The notes beneath the pieces are model-generated. The model did not search any database. It worked only from the letters and a program-made list of their open reading frames with translations, and was not told where the DNA came from. Below, in pieces: positions 18,880 to 28,877 of a stretch of 64,000 nt of DNA; the first letter of the stretch is position 1, and every line of letters starts with the position of its first letter. Made by a program: the position numbers and the translations under genes. The stretch is taken from positions 5,184,001-5,248,000 of the forward strand of contig OZ245742.1 in the NCBI GenBank assembly GCA_965227295.1. Direction: 5' to 3'. Source of the stretch: Leptonemataceae bacterium. Its GTDB lineage: Bacteria > Spirochaetota > Leptospiria > Leptospirales > Leptonemataceae.

Positions 18880-21603
18880 CTAATCCGACAACGCCTGCGC
18901 GAGTTGCTTCACCTTCTCGTGCGAATCGTCGAGACGTTCCGCGCGTTCCAGGATCACCCGCGCGCGATCGACGGCACCGGAGAGCCGGTAGACGTCGGCC
19001 AGGCAGACCAGATTATTCAGGTTCTCCGGATCGCGCAGGTGGCAACGTTCCCCGAAGTCCGCGGCGCTTTCGTATTCGGCGAGTTGCTTGAGAACGAAAG
19101 ACGTGTAGTACAGAAACGTGGCGTCGGCCGGGTGTTCGTGGGCGTACAACAAACACAGGTCCCGCGCGCGATCGTACTCCCGGCGGCGAATGCGCAGTTT
19201 GGCAAGCTCCCGCAGAATTTCCGGGTGCTCCGGATCCAGTTCCAGGCCGCGGCCCCACTCTTCCAGCGCCGTTTCCAGGTGTCCGTCCCGATAAGCCCGA
19301 CGCCCGGATCGGAGCAGCTCCAGGGTTTGCTCCGCGTGCGGACGCGGTTCGAGCGGCTGGCCCTCGCGAAAGCCCACACGAATGATCGTTAGGTCGTCGG
19401 TGAGTTCGCCTTTACTGCGCAGGGCCTGCTCCACGGCCCCCAGCTCGCCGCCGCCGTCCTCAATGCGCCGCAGGAACTCGTGCTCGTCTTCGTTCAACAC
19501 CCGGCGGCCGTCGTCTTCGCCGATCATGATGTCGTCCCGGCCGTCGGAGCCCGAGAAGATCACGTCGCCGGGCTCAAGGACGAACGACTTCACCCGCAAT
19601 TCGCCGCCCAGCTCCGGTCCCAGGTCGATGCCGATCTTGCGCACGCTGAGATCTTCTTCAATGAAACGCGCACGACCGTCGCGATACAGGGCGACGTAGG
19701 GATGTTCGGCGTTGACGTAGTAGAGCATGCCCGTGTGTTCTTCCACCAGGCCGACGACGACGGACACTAACATCGTACCATCGAAGGTTATGAAGGCGTC
19801 CTGCAATTCCCGGTAGGCCTGGCGCAGCCACTGCTCCGGATACATGCGACTCACGGTCTTCGAATGTCGTGTGCGATTCAACACGCTCTTGAAGACCGTG
19901 CCCAGCACCAGGGCCCCGCCGGCTCCCTGCATGGACTTGCCCATGGCGTCGCCGTTTAAGAACAGGACATAATTGCGATCCCGCAGCCGGAGATCGTGGG
20001 CGACGTTCAGGTCCCCGCCGAGTTCGGAATCGCGATCGCGAAACGTAAATTGTTTCTTCTGGCGTTCCAGCATGTCCACGTTGACGAACTCATTCTTCGT
20101 AAAGTTGCCGCCCAGGGGACGCACCAACAGCGACGTCAAAAAGTAATCCCCGTCCTGCTGTTCTTTGAGCTTGCGAACCTTCTGAAGCGTGGTATTCAGT
20201 TCTTCGGTGCGTTGTTCCACCTTGCGTTCCAGATTGCGGTTCAAATCCTCCACGGCCTGGTTCAATCGTACAAAGCGGTTCGCGAGTACCAACGCCATGC
20301 TCAACACAAACACCACGAACGTAAAACCCAGGGTCCGCGGCAGATTGTAATAGCCGTAATGGGAACCGGCGTCCACGAACATCGAAGCGATGAACAGCAA
20401 CAGGCCGCCCAGAATGTAATAGGCATCGCGTTCGCGTTGCAGGGCCCGGAGTGTTACCAGCGCGAAGAACGGGACCAGGAAAACGAGCACCGACGGCAGA
20501 AAGAAAGTATCGTTGAACCAGCTCCACAGTCGCGTATCGGTCGTGAACAGGACGAGTATGAACTGGGCGGCGTGGACCGCGAGGGCGGCCATGACCAGTC
20601 GATCCAGCCAGATTTCTGCAACGAGGAAACGTCGCGGTGCAACCTCACCGGCTTCGCCGGCGGCGGGCCGGGCGAGATCGAAGTAGCTGCGCAGGAAAAA
20701 GTAAAACGTCCCCGGCATGGTCGAGAGAGCCAGGTACTCGATCTTTTTCATGGTCCAGAAGTCGAGGCCGAGTTCGTACTTCAGTTGCGTACGTAGAAAC
20801 TGGTAGAGCACCAGGCCCCAGGCGAAGAGTGTGAAGAACAGGTTTTCCTTTTCCACCCGGCGTCGCAAAAATAAGAACAGGAAGTACGCGCCCACGGTAA
20901 AGTAGATCACCAGGATCAGCGCGGCCAGAAAGTTCGAGACGTAGTACTCCCGCAATAACAGCCGGGCCGGGCCGATCTGTGTGGTGTTACGAAAGATGCC
21001 GACGTTGTCCTCGAAGTATCCCTGCACCTGCACGAGCAGTACGTTCACACCGTCATTGCGAAGGACACCCTCGGGGATCATGTAGAGCCGGTGGCGATCG
21101 TAGGCCTCGGGCCGCGGCGAATCGAAGGTGCCGGTCGCGCCGATGCGCACGCCGTTCAAATACGCCACGTCGCGATCGCTGATTTCGCCGAGACGCACGG
21201 CCAGGGGCTCCTGGACCTCGCCGTTCAAATAAAACGTTTTGTGATACCACGCCGGCTTCGAGGTATCCTCGACGACGCCCTGCACGAAGAGGTCGCCGGG
21301 AATCGCAACGGCCGTCCAGTCCACAGTGTCCGTGGAATCGGCGGCGGGGCGGCCCTCTAACACACGGCGAGAGTATGTTACGGGATCGAGCTCCGCCGCC
21401 GTCGCCCACCAGGTATGCGCGGCGGGACTGCCGGGCGCCGGTGTATCGAGGCTGTGGATCGTCGACAGATCGGAGATGCGTTGAATCACGAAATTCGCCG
21501 CATCGTCCTGCGCCGCAAGACGAGCGAACGGCGCGAGACCCAACAACAAGATGACGCCGGCTGCCAGGGAGAATGAATCGGTAAAGAAGTATCGAAATCG
21601 CAT
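18880..21603 (-). CDS. Sensor phosphatase: periplasmic jelly-roll (sugar-binding-like) domain, 7TM region, SpoIIE/PP2C domain and TPR
   Basis: Signal peptide; WY..F..LG.I.D.D..YLNG..IG; multiple TMs; QQDGDYFLTS, GGDL, GDAMGKS, GSDG, DDLT; TPR-like tail. Confidence 0.88.
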   Translation of the reverse strand: MRFRYFFTDSFSLAAGVILLLGLAPFARLAAQDDAANFVIQRISDLSTIHSLDTPAPGSPAAHTWWATAAELDPVTYSRRVLEGRPAADSTDTVDWTAVAIPGDLFVQGVVEDTSKPAWYHKTFYLNGEVQEPLAVRLGEISDRDVAYLNGVRIGATGTFDSPRPEAYDRHRLYMIPEGVLRNDGVNVLLVQVQGYFEDNVGIFRNTTQIGPARLLLREYYVSNFLAALILVIYFTVGAYFLFLFLRRRVEKENLFFTLFAWGLVLYQFLRTQLKYELGLDFWTMKKIEYLALSTMPGTFYFFLRSYFDLARPAAGEAGEVAPRRFLVAEIWLDRLVMAALAVHAAQFILVLFTTDTRLWSWFNDTFFLPSVLVFLVPFFALVTLRALQRERDAYYILGGLLLFIASMFVDAGSHYGYYNLPRTLGFTFVVFVLSMALVLANRFVRLNQAVEDLNRNLERKVEQRTEELNTTLQKVRKLKEQQDGDYFLTSLLVRPLGGNFTKNEFVNVDMLERQKKQFTFRDRDSELGGDLNVAHDLRLRDRNYVLFLNGDAMGKSMQGAGGALVLGTVFKSVLNRTRHSKTVSRMYPEQWLRQAYRELQDAFITFDGTMLVSVVVGLVEEHTGMLYYVNAEHPYVALYRDGRARFIEEDLSVRKIGIDLGPELGGELRVKSFVLEPGDVIFSGSDGRDDIMIGEDDGRRVLNEDEHEFLRRIEDGGGELGAVEQALRSKGELTDDLTIIRVGFREGQPLEPRPHAEQTLELLRSGRRAYRDGHLETALEEWGRGLELDPEHPEILRELAKLRIRRREYDRARDLCLLYAHEHPADATFLYYTSFVLKQLAEYESAADFGERCHLRDPENLNNLVCLADVYRLSGAVDRARVILERAERLDDSHEKVKQLAQALSD

Positions 21604-21612
21604 GAACACCGC

Positions 21613-21667
21613 TCTATATTGTTCTATATTATAAAAGAAACTATTCTAATATATTAACCATATATTG
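21613..21667 (-). promoter_or_regulatory. Very AT-rich promoter/operator region of the sensor phosphatase
   Basis: TATAAT on the minus strand at 21628-21633; four TATATT repeats; TAATATATTA palindrome. Confidence 0.5.
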
Positions 21668-21714
21668 CACGGCGTGTGTCACTCGCATTGCAAAAAGATT
21701 TCGCGCACGCCGGC

Positions 21715-22605
21715 TTATGTCGCGCCGTTTGCCTCAAGGCTGCGGGCGAGTTCGTAGTAAGCCTCGCGCGAAATCTCCTCGGCACGCCGATCCGGATCGA
21801 CGCCCACGGTGCGCGCGGCGACGTGCAGTTGCTCCGGATCCAGGTAGCCGCGGCGATCCTGTTTCCAGGAGTTCGCCAGCTTCTTGCGGCGCGCGGCGAA
21901 GCTCATGCGCAGCACTTTCTCGAGCACTGCGGCCCGGCAACGGGGCCCGTCGTTGTGACGCCGGTACTCCAGGATCGTGGACGAAACCCTCGGCCGCGGA
22001 AAGAATGCGTTCGGCCCGATCACACCGAGATCCTGCCACGTACCGAAGTTGCCGAGATACACGTTCAGTGAGCTGTCGGATCGCTCCGCGGTAACGCGAT
22101 CGGCGAATTCACGCTGTGTGAGAAAAACGCCGCGGCGTACGAACTCCAGTTCGGAGCACGCGGTCAACAAATCGGTGCTGATGTAGTACGGTAGATTGCC
22201 GCATACCAATCGCAACCGTCGGCGTTCCAGCACGGCATCGCCGCAGGTCGCGTCCGCATCGCGCAGCTCTGCGAGAAACTTCAAGGCGTCGCCGCGTTGC
22301 AGATGAAACGCCGCGCCGGCATAAGACTCCCGCAGGGTTTCTTCCAGAACGTCGGCGAGCACCGGATCCAGCTCCACGGCAAAGACCTCCCGCCCCGCTT
22401 CGAGCAGTTGATGCGTAATCGCCCCAGGACCGGGGCCGATTTCCAACACGGGATCCTCGCCGTCGGCCAGCACGGCGTCGGCAATGCGCCGCGCCTGGGC
22501 CGCGTCGGTCAGAAAACTCTGGCCGTGTCGTTTGCGCGGCGCGGCCCCGCGCGCGCTGAGTTCGTCGCGGATACGGGCGGGGCTGAAGAAGGGAAACGTC
22601 GGCAC
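21715..22605 (-). CDS. rsmA: 16S rRNA adenine dimethyltransferase
   Basis: K.HGQSFL, LEIGPGPG, VELD, GDAL, GNLPYYIS, QREFADR, F.P.PRV.S, F..RRKKL.N. Confidence 0.93.
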   Translation of the reverse strand: MPTFPFFSPARIRDELSARGAAPRKRHGQSFLTDAAQARRIADAVLADGEDPVLEIGPGPGAITHQLLEAGREVFAVELDPVLADVLEETLRESYAGAAFHLQRGDALKFLAELRDADATCGDAVLERRRLRLVCGNLPYYISTDLLTACSELEFVRRGVFLTQREFADRVTAERSDSSLNVYLGNFGTWQDLGVIGPNAFFPRPRVSSTILEYRRHNDGPRCRAAVLEKVLRMSFAARRKKLANSWKQDRRGYLDPEQLHVAARTVGVDPDRRAEEISREAYYELARSLEANGAT

Positions 22606-22682
22606 GGGATACCATCGCGCGGGGCTTGTGCTGATGCAAGTGTTATGAATTCCAAAATCGTCCGATTACCGGCTCTTCTGCG

Positions 22683-24434
22683 CTAACGCAAGAAGGACAT
22701 GATTACTACCAACCACGCTCCCGGGGGACCGAGCAGGATCAACAAGACCAACACCGCCCGCGCGTACCATCGCCGCCGGGACTGCCCGTGCTCCTGATCC
22801 CGGCGGACCGTGCGCCGTAACATCCACAGCGCAACAATTAAGAGCGCATTTAAGAACAGAGGCACCCACAGGGCCGGCCGCAAATCATCCGGCGGCAGCA
22901 GGACTTCCAGCCGCCCCAGTTCGGCGCATAACGTCACGAAGACCGACAACGCTGCGAGCGCCGGCCACAACACGAGCGCCGCGTGTTCCGTACACTGCGC
23001 CGCGATCATTCCCAACACCAGCAAGGGCAGACTGAGGGCCGCCACGGGAACCAGCAACACGTTCGCGGGCAGGTTCAGGTACGCGTGGGCGCCGAAGACC
23101 AGGATCAGCACCGGATTCGTAAACAAACTCGCCGCGGAACTTACGGCCGCCTGAGCCGCGGCGAATCGGCCGGCCTTTGCGCCGAGCCAGGCCCCGAACG
23201 CCACCAGGGCTCCGCGGCCCGCTCGCCGGCTCCGGCGCGTCAGCGCGAAATCGTACAGCGGCCGGGTGAAAAAGAGAATGCCGGCCACCGCCCCGAACGA
23301 GAGCGCCGCCCCCGGACTGACGAAGTCCCGGGGCGAAAGCAGGAGCACGATCACGCCGGCGTTTAAGAGATACTCCCTGGAACTTAAGCGCCGCTGCACG
23401 ATGTGAAAGAAGGCGTGCAACGATAGCAGGGTGTAAGCACGCAGGAGCGAGACGGGAAAATCCAGACAATAGAGATACACGCCGCACGGCCCGAGCGGCA
23501 AGAGTAACGCGAACGGATGTTTGCGACCGAAGAGCCGGCCCAACGGAAAATACAGACAGCCGTACAAAATGCCCAGGTGCAGGCCGCTGGCCGCGAACAA
23601 GTGCAGAACGCCCAGTTCCGCGGCGCCCTGCTTGAACTGGCGTTGCAGATAACCGGATCGACCGAGCAGCATGCCGAGCGCCGTACCGTGGCGCGGGTCC
23701 CGGTAGTCCAGCCCGGCCCGCTCCAGGTTTTCGCGCAGCGTCTGCTGCAGACGTCCGGCGAGGGTCGGCCGGCTGCAATCCACCTCCCGGACATGATAAC
23801 GCTTCGAAAGACGCAGCGTGGCGCGCGCCTGTTTTAGCCGGCGCAGGTATCCGTGATAACCGTCGTCGCTCAGAGGCTCCGGACGGCCGCGGCCGGAGAG
23901 ATGCAACCCCAGTTCGCAGCCGGGCACCAGATCATACACATTCACCTGGAGATGAGCCCGAAATAATCCGGCCGTGCGTTCACTCCAGCGCCCGAGACGA
24001 ATCCAGACGTCCCGCTTTCGGCTTAAGTATGCTCCGCTAACTTCTAGCTGTACGATGTATGCCCCCGGGCGCAGCACTTCCGTAACGCGGGCCGTCGCGC
24101 CCAGGGCATGGCGGTAGTTCGGTCGCAACCGGCCGCGCCGGGCGTCGTAGACCGGAGCCGTCCATTCGAAGAGGGCCGCCGGCGGTTCCACGGTTACGTC
24201 TTCCTGATCCAGACGCCAGGCCGTACCGACGCAAATGAGCGCGGCAAAAAACCACAATGTAACATTGCGCACACTCCGGCGTAAGATCACGGCTGGCAAC
24301 ATGGCCACCGTGGTGCCCGCTGCAAAGAACGCGGCCGCCTCTCGAAAGCGATTCGCCGCCTGGTCCGGGGCGAGGAGTAAGATCGCTACGGCGACGACGA
24401 GAACGCTGAGCTTGATGTGGGCGGCCAGGGGCAT
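22683..24434 (-). CDS. comEC: ComEC/Rec2 competence-domain membrane protein (no MBL domain)
   Basis: GVLHLFAASGLHLG, SLLRA, LSFGAVAGI, multiple TMs. Confidence 0.82.
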   Translation of the reverse strand: MPLAAHIKLSVLVVAVAILLLAPDQAANRFREAAAFFAAGTTVAMLPAVILRRSVRNVTLWFFAALICVGTAWRLDQEDVTVEPPAALFEWTAPVYDARRGRLRPNYRHALGATARVTEVLRPGAYIVQLEVSGAYLSRKRDVWIRLGRWSERTAGLFRAHLQVNVYDLVPGCELGLHLSGRGRPEPLSDDGYHGYLRRLKQARATLRLSKRYHVREVDCSRPTLAGRLQQTLRENLERAGLDYRDPRHGTALGMLLGRSGYLQRQFKQGAAELGVLHLFAASGLHLGILYGCLYFPLGRLFGRKHPFALLLPLGPCGVYLYCLDFPVSLLRAYTLLSLHAFFHIVQRRLSSREYLLNAGVIVLLLSPRDFVSPGAALSFGAVAGILFFTRPLYDFALTRRSRRAGRGALVAFGAWLGAKAGRFAAAQAAVSSAASLFTNPVLILVFGAHAYLNLPANVLLVPVAALSLPLLVLGMIAAQCTEHAALVLWPALAALSVFVTLCAELGRLEVLLPPDDLRPALWVPLFLNALLIVALWMLRRTVRRDQEHGQSRRRWYARAVLVLLILLGPPGAWLVVIMSFLR

Positions 24435-24505
24435 GCGCTGAGAGGGCGCAGGTACCGCCGATCGTTGCGCGTTTTTTGTTGCTTGCCGAATTTTTCTGAG
24501 CGGCT

Positions 24506-25507
24506 TTGATGTACGTGAATATGCGCGGAGTTTCTCGTTTCGTTCGCGGCGTGCTCGGCGCCGTGCTCATCGCCGCAGGCACCCTGCCGGCGCAGCCTCC
24601 ATCGGCACGGCCGGATCGCGTCGTCTTTCTCGTGCTGGACGGCGTGCGCAGCGAAGAGTTTTTCATCGGCCGCAGTCCGTACCGCAAGAAGCGCGGCCCG
24701 CATCTTTCAAAAGAAAAGCTGCTGCCCTTTGTCTGGACCAGGCTCGCCTCGCACGCGGACTCGCGGGTCTTCGGCAATCGTTTCGCACATCGGAACCGCC
24801 GCGACTATTGTAAGATCAACAACACCTACGGTGTCTCGTTACCGGCCTACGCCGATCTTTTGAGCGGCCTGCGCCAGAGCGAAGTTCGCTCCAACGATTT
24901 CGACGGACCGTCGCCGACCGCGACGATCCCCGATCAACTCATCGACGCCGGCGTGCTGCCGGAAGAGATCGCCGTGTTCGCAAGCTGGGCGAACATCCGC
25001 CACGTGGCCAGTCGCGAAGCGGAACCGGAATTTTACGTGAGCACCGGCCTGCGCGAAGACGACGTCGAACCACGCTGGTCTAACGCCCGCCACGACGCCG
25101 ATCTTTTCGACGACGTCCGCGCCTACGTCGAAGAACAGGACGCGTTGCGTTATCTTTTCATCGCCTTCAACGACAGCGACGAGTGGGCCCACCTCGGCGA
25201 CTATCCGAGGTACATCAAGTCCATCCGGCGTCAGGACGAGTTCATTCGGAAGTTATATGATTTTCTGGAATCCCGCGACGACTACCGCGGGCGCACGGCG
25301 TACTTCATCACCACGGATCACGGTCGGGGCCGCGGCAAACACTGGCGCAATCACGGCCGCGTGCCGGGGAGTCAGTACATCTGGGCGTTGGTGCATACGC
25401 CGGGCTCACCGCCGCCCGCGGATTTGTTCGGCGACGACGGTTGCAGCCACGTGAGTCTGGCGCAGCAGGCGCTGGAGATCGCGGGGCGCAAGGTTTCGCT
25501 GAGGTGA
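24506..25507 (+). CDS. Secreted alkaline phosphatase-superfamily enzyme
   Basis: Signal peptide; FLVLDGVR, S.P.Y nucleophile, DEWAH, TTDHG metal ligands. Confidence 0.8.
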   Translation: MMYVNMRGVSRFVRGVLGAVLIAAGTLPAQPPSARPDRVVFLVLDGVRSEEFFIGRSPYRKKRGPHLSKEKLLPFVWTRLASHADSRVFGNRFAHRNRRDYCKINNTYGVSLPAYADLLSGLRQSEVRSNDFDGPSPTATIPDQLIDAGVLPEEIAVFASWANIRHVASREAEPEFYVSTGLREDDVEPRWSNARHDADLFDDVRAYVEEQDALRYLFIAFNDSDEWAHLGDYPRYIKSIRRQDEFIRKLYDFLESRDDYRGRTAYFITTDHGRGRGKHWRNHGRVPGSQYIWALVHTPGSPPPADLFGDDGCSHVSLAQQALEIAGRKVSLR

Positions 25508-25564
25508 GACGTCAGTTTTCCGGGTTTTCGTCATTGCCGGCCCGGCAGTAACGCCGGGTCCGCA

Positions 25565-26452
25565 TCAGCCCACCCCGTCAGCCGTAAACACGCACGAGCT
25601 TCCTGAAGGATAACCCAACCCGCTCGCGCTCTCCGGAATACTCAACTCGCCCGTATGAAACGTGCCGCTATGCCCCGCGCTAAAACGCCCGGCGAGCAAC
25701 CGGGCGAGCGTCTCCGCCGTGTAACCGGTGGAGTGACACGTCAACACCACGGCATCCGGCCGGCCGTCGCAGAGTTCCATCAACAAATCGAGCAGTTCCG
25801 GCAGATCACGTTCAATCTTCCAGACCTCGCCCTTGCTACCGCGGCCAAACGTCGGCGGATCTAAAATTAGCACGCGGTAGCGACGCTCCCGGCGTACCTC
25901 GCGTTTGAGAAACTTCACGACGTCGTCCACGATCCAGCGGACCGGACGATCGGCCAGGCCGGAGGCGCGCGCGTTGTCGCGGGCCCAATCGGTCATACCC
26001 TTCGAAGAATCCAGGTGCGTCACGGAGAGCCCGCCGGCCAGGCAGGCCAGGGTCGAGAGTCCCGAGTACGCGAAGAGATTCAACGCCCACGGTTCGGCGT
26101 GCAGTCGCTGCAATTGCGGCCCCAGTTCCGTGAGCCGGCGCCAGTTTTCGAGCTGTTCGGGAAAAATGCCCAGGTGACCGAAGGGGGTAAACCGGATCTT
26201 AACCGTGAAAGAATCAATCTTAACGTAGAATTCGTCCGGCGGCTGAAAACCGTCGCGCCATTCCCAGTGACCGCTGCCGGTATCGTTCTTAATGTACGTG
26301 CCGTGAATGTTAGCGTCGTTCCAGAGTTCCGGTTTCGCCGGCGGCCAGGCAGCCACAGCGGCCGGGCGTACCACGACGCAGGGGCCGACACGTTCCAGGC
26401 GACGATAGTCGCCGGTGTCCAGCAGTTCGTATGTACCCTCGGAAGATTTCAG
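25565..26452 (-). CDS. Class I SAM-dependent methyltransferase (RlmI/RlmK-like)
   Basis: YELLDTG...LER, HLGIFPEQ, LNLFAYSG, HLDSS, LDPPTFG; frame open up to a CTG at 26452 overlapping the upstream stop. Confidence 0.85.
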   Translation of the reverse strand: MKSSEGTYELLDTGDYRRLERVGPCVVVRPAAVAAWPPAKPELWNDANIHGTYIKNDTGSGHWEWRDGFQPPDEFYVKIDSFTVKIRFTPFGHLGIFPEQLENWRRLTELGPQLQRLHAEPWALNLFAYSGLSTLACLAGGLSVTHLDSSKGMTDWARDNARASGLADRPVRWIVDDVVKFLKREVRRERRYRVLILDPPTFGRGSKGEVWKIERDLPELLDLLMELCDGRPDAVVLTCHSTGYTAETLARLLAGRFSAGHSGTFHTGELSIPESASGLGYPSGSSCVFTADGVG

Positions 26453-27381
26453 TCGTCGTCCCTTGCGCCCAGGCGAATGACGGCCCGAACCTTGTTGCCC
26501 GGCGGAAAGTAAGACAGCGAATCGAAGCTGAGCGAATTCGCCATGGCAATGCCGCGTCCGTGATTCGAAAACGCCCGCTTCGGAGACAGATCCAGGAACT
26601 TCATGTAATCAAATCCCGTCCCCTCATCCGTGATCAAGAACTCCACGTATTCCGGGGTCCGTCGGTACTCCAGGCGTACGGCAAGATCACGATACTCCTC
26701 CAGCTGACAGCGGCGGGTAATTTCTTCGTGCAGGCGACCCTCGGCGATGAGTTCGGTCTTCTCCTCGTAGGAGATACCGAGGTTCCCGTGCTCCACGGAG
26801 TTGACCAGAAGTTCATGCAAACCCAGACGCGCGCCCACGGGGTCCGGACAGGCCTGGGTCAACCAGCGCGACAGTCGATCCGCCTCTTCGAACGTGCGAA
26901 ACTCAAAGCGGCCCTCACGGAGCAGCGACGATGTGTGATGGCCCTGCTCGATTTCACTCTGTAGCGATTCGATCTTCGCGAAGTGGTTGATGGCCGAACG
27001 CGTGAGCGTGGAGAGCACGTTGCCGTTGAACGGTTTGGTTAAGTAATAGTACGCGCCGGCGTCGATGCCGGCCTTGATGTCCTCGGGGTCCGAACGCCCC
27101 GTGAGCATGATCACCGGAATGTACTTCAGACGTTCGACGCGTTTGATCTTACGCAGGAGATCGATGCCGCTGATTTCGGGCATGTTCCAGTCGAGGATGA
27201 CGGCCGAGATGTTGAGATCGGTGGTCTTCAAGAAGTCGAAGGCCCGCAGGGGGTCGCGCTCCGGATGCACCCGGCAATGAAAGCGGGCCAGCGTACGATC
27301 CACGAGTGCGAGTATGGACTCGTCATCGTCCACTACCAGGACGTTCTTAATGAACGTTCCGTTTCCGCCGCTGGAATCCAT
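26449..27381 (-). CDS. Response regulator receiver fused to an RsbW-like (anti-sigma) HATPase domain
   Basis: VVDDD, LDWNMP, MLT, KPF; LHELLVNSVEHGN, ITDEGTGFD, HGRGIAMA. Confidence 0.88.
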   Translation of the reverse strand: MDSSGGNGTFIKNVLVVDDDESILALVDRTLARFHCRVHPERDPLRAFDFLKTTDLNISAVILDWNMPEISGIDLLRKIKRVERLKYIPVIMLTGRSDPEDIKAGIDAGAYYYLTKPFNGNVLSTLTRSAINHFAKIESLQSEIEQGHHTSSLLREGRFEFRTFEEADRLSRWLTQACPDPVGARLGLHELLVNSVEHGNLGISYEEKTELIAEGRLHEEITRRCQLEEYRDLAVRLEYRRTPEYVEFLITDEGTGFDYMKFLDLSPKRAFSNHGRGIAMANSLSFDSLSYFPPGNKVRAVIRLGARDDD

Positions 27382-27475
27382 GCCCGCGTTATGGCTCGCA
27401 GCCTGGCCGGACGGCGCAATAATTTTACGTCCGGAATTTTTACGGGAAACGGATGTGTGGTAACTCGAAGTGCGC

Positions 27476-28816
27476 TCAGCCTAAGATCTTCCGAACCGCG
27501 GCCTGGATCTCCGGCGCGGCCACGACCTGATAATGCGACAATCCCGGGAACACCTGCACGCGCGTCTCGGGTTTGCTCTTTTTACGGAACACTCGCTCCG
27601 ACAACGATTCCAGGCTGTCCGTTTCCACGACGCCGTCGCCCAACCAGTCACGCCAGAAGTCCTGCTTCGCGTCTCCGCTGTCCGCTTTGATGACGCCGTA
27701 CATCTGGTACGCGTCCACGTCGTCCAGTTCGCCGAAGTAGTAACTCTCCGCACGTTTGCCCGCTCCGCGCAGATCCAGATGACGTTCCACGGGATCGCGT
27801 TCCTTCCAGTCTTCCTCTCGAATGATGCCGTGGGATAGATCCTTCATGGCGTCGCTGCGCTGATTGCCGATGAAACCTAACGCCTTTAGACTCGTGATCG
27901 GCGCGAACTCCAGGCCCAGACCGAGCCAGAAGCCGATCTTCTCAATGTAGGAACCGCCGTCCGGCGACGCGATGAATACCGCCCGGCCGATGCGCTCCGG
28001 AAAACGGTGATGGTCCCGCTCCGCGTCGGCGTAGTAGAGCGCACTGCGAAGGATTAATCCTCCCTGACTGTACGTTAAGAAATTCAGGCGGATCTTTTCT
28101 TTCAAAATGCCGGTACCGACCCCGGCCGCAGCCAGGGCCACGAGCAGTTCGTCGAGCAACTCCCCCAGACGACGACCGTTGTCCGAAATGTGCGCACCGG
28201 GATTGAAGCGTAACTTTACGAAATAATAACCTTCCGCCGCGAGCATCTGTTCCATGCCCGAGTCAATCCACACGGATTCGTCGCAGAACAAACCCGGCAC
28301 GCCGACGACGAGCCGCTTGCGTTTGCTCGCCACAAAGTCCGCGGCCACGGCCTCGGCCCCTGCATTGCCGTAGCCGCCGCCGTCCCGGGGCAAACGAAAC
28401 GACGACACGATCTTCGACGTCGGCACCCAGCCGGCGAAAGAATCGCCGACGACGCTGGACACCTGGATGTTTTCGAAGAGCGCCTCCGCCGTACTGCGAT
28501 CGGCCAGGTCCAGGGCTTCCACCGCCGTGCGAAAGGCGTCACCGGTGGCGACCACGGCATCGCCGAAGGCCTGGCTCGTCGCATCCCGTGCCGATTCCAG
28601 GTTGCGGCCGGCGTCCCGTAACCCGTGGACGAGTTCGAAGCGGGTCTCGTCCGGCAGCAGCGGCACGGAATCCGCGGCGTCGGCCAGGCCGTTTAGTTGC
28701 TCCGCGGTCCAGGTCATGGAATGCGAGAGTAGCTGGCGCACGCCGTTCAACGTTCCTCCGGTGACACGGTCGGCAAAGTCTACGGCGGCGCGGCTGATGT
28801 CGAAGGGCAGTTTCAT
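27476..28816 (-). CDS. Alpha/beta hydrolase (lipase/PGAP1-like)
   Basis: VPGLFCDE..W, YSQGG elbow, GDGVV, terminal H. Confidence 0.72.
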   Translation of the reverse strand: MKLPFDISRAAVDFADRVTGGTLNGVRQLLSHSMTWTAEQLNGLADAADSVPLLPDETRFELVHGLRDAGRNLESARDATSQAFGDAVVATGDAFRTAVEALDLADRSTAEALFENIQVSSVVGDSFAGWVPTSKIVSSFRLPRDGGGYGNAGAEAVAADFVASKRKRLVVGVPGLFCDESVWIDSGMEQMLAAEGYYFVKLRFNPGAHISDNGRRLGELLDELLVALAAAGVGTGILKEKIRLNFLTYSQGGLILRSALYYADAERDHHRFPERIGRAVFIASPDGGSYIEKIGFWLGLGLEFAPITSLKALGFIGNQRSDAMKDLSHGIIREEDWKERDPVERHLDLRGAGKRAESYYFGELDDVDAYQMYGVIKADSGDAKQDFWRDWLGDGVVETDSLESLSERVFRKKSKPETRVQVFPGLSHYQVVAAPEIQAAVRKILG

Positions 28817-28877
28817 CGGCGAAGAATAAAATAAACGAAAGCGGCGTCCAGCAAACAAAATACGGAATTCGCCATCA

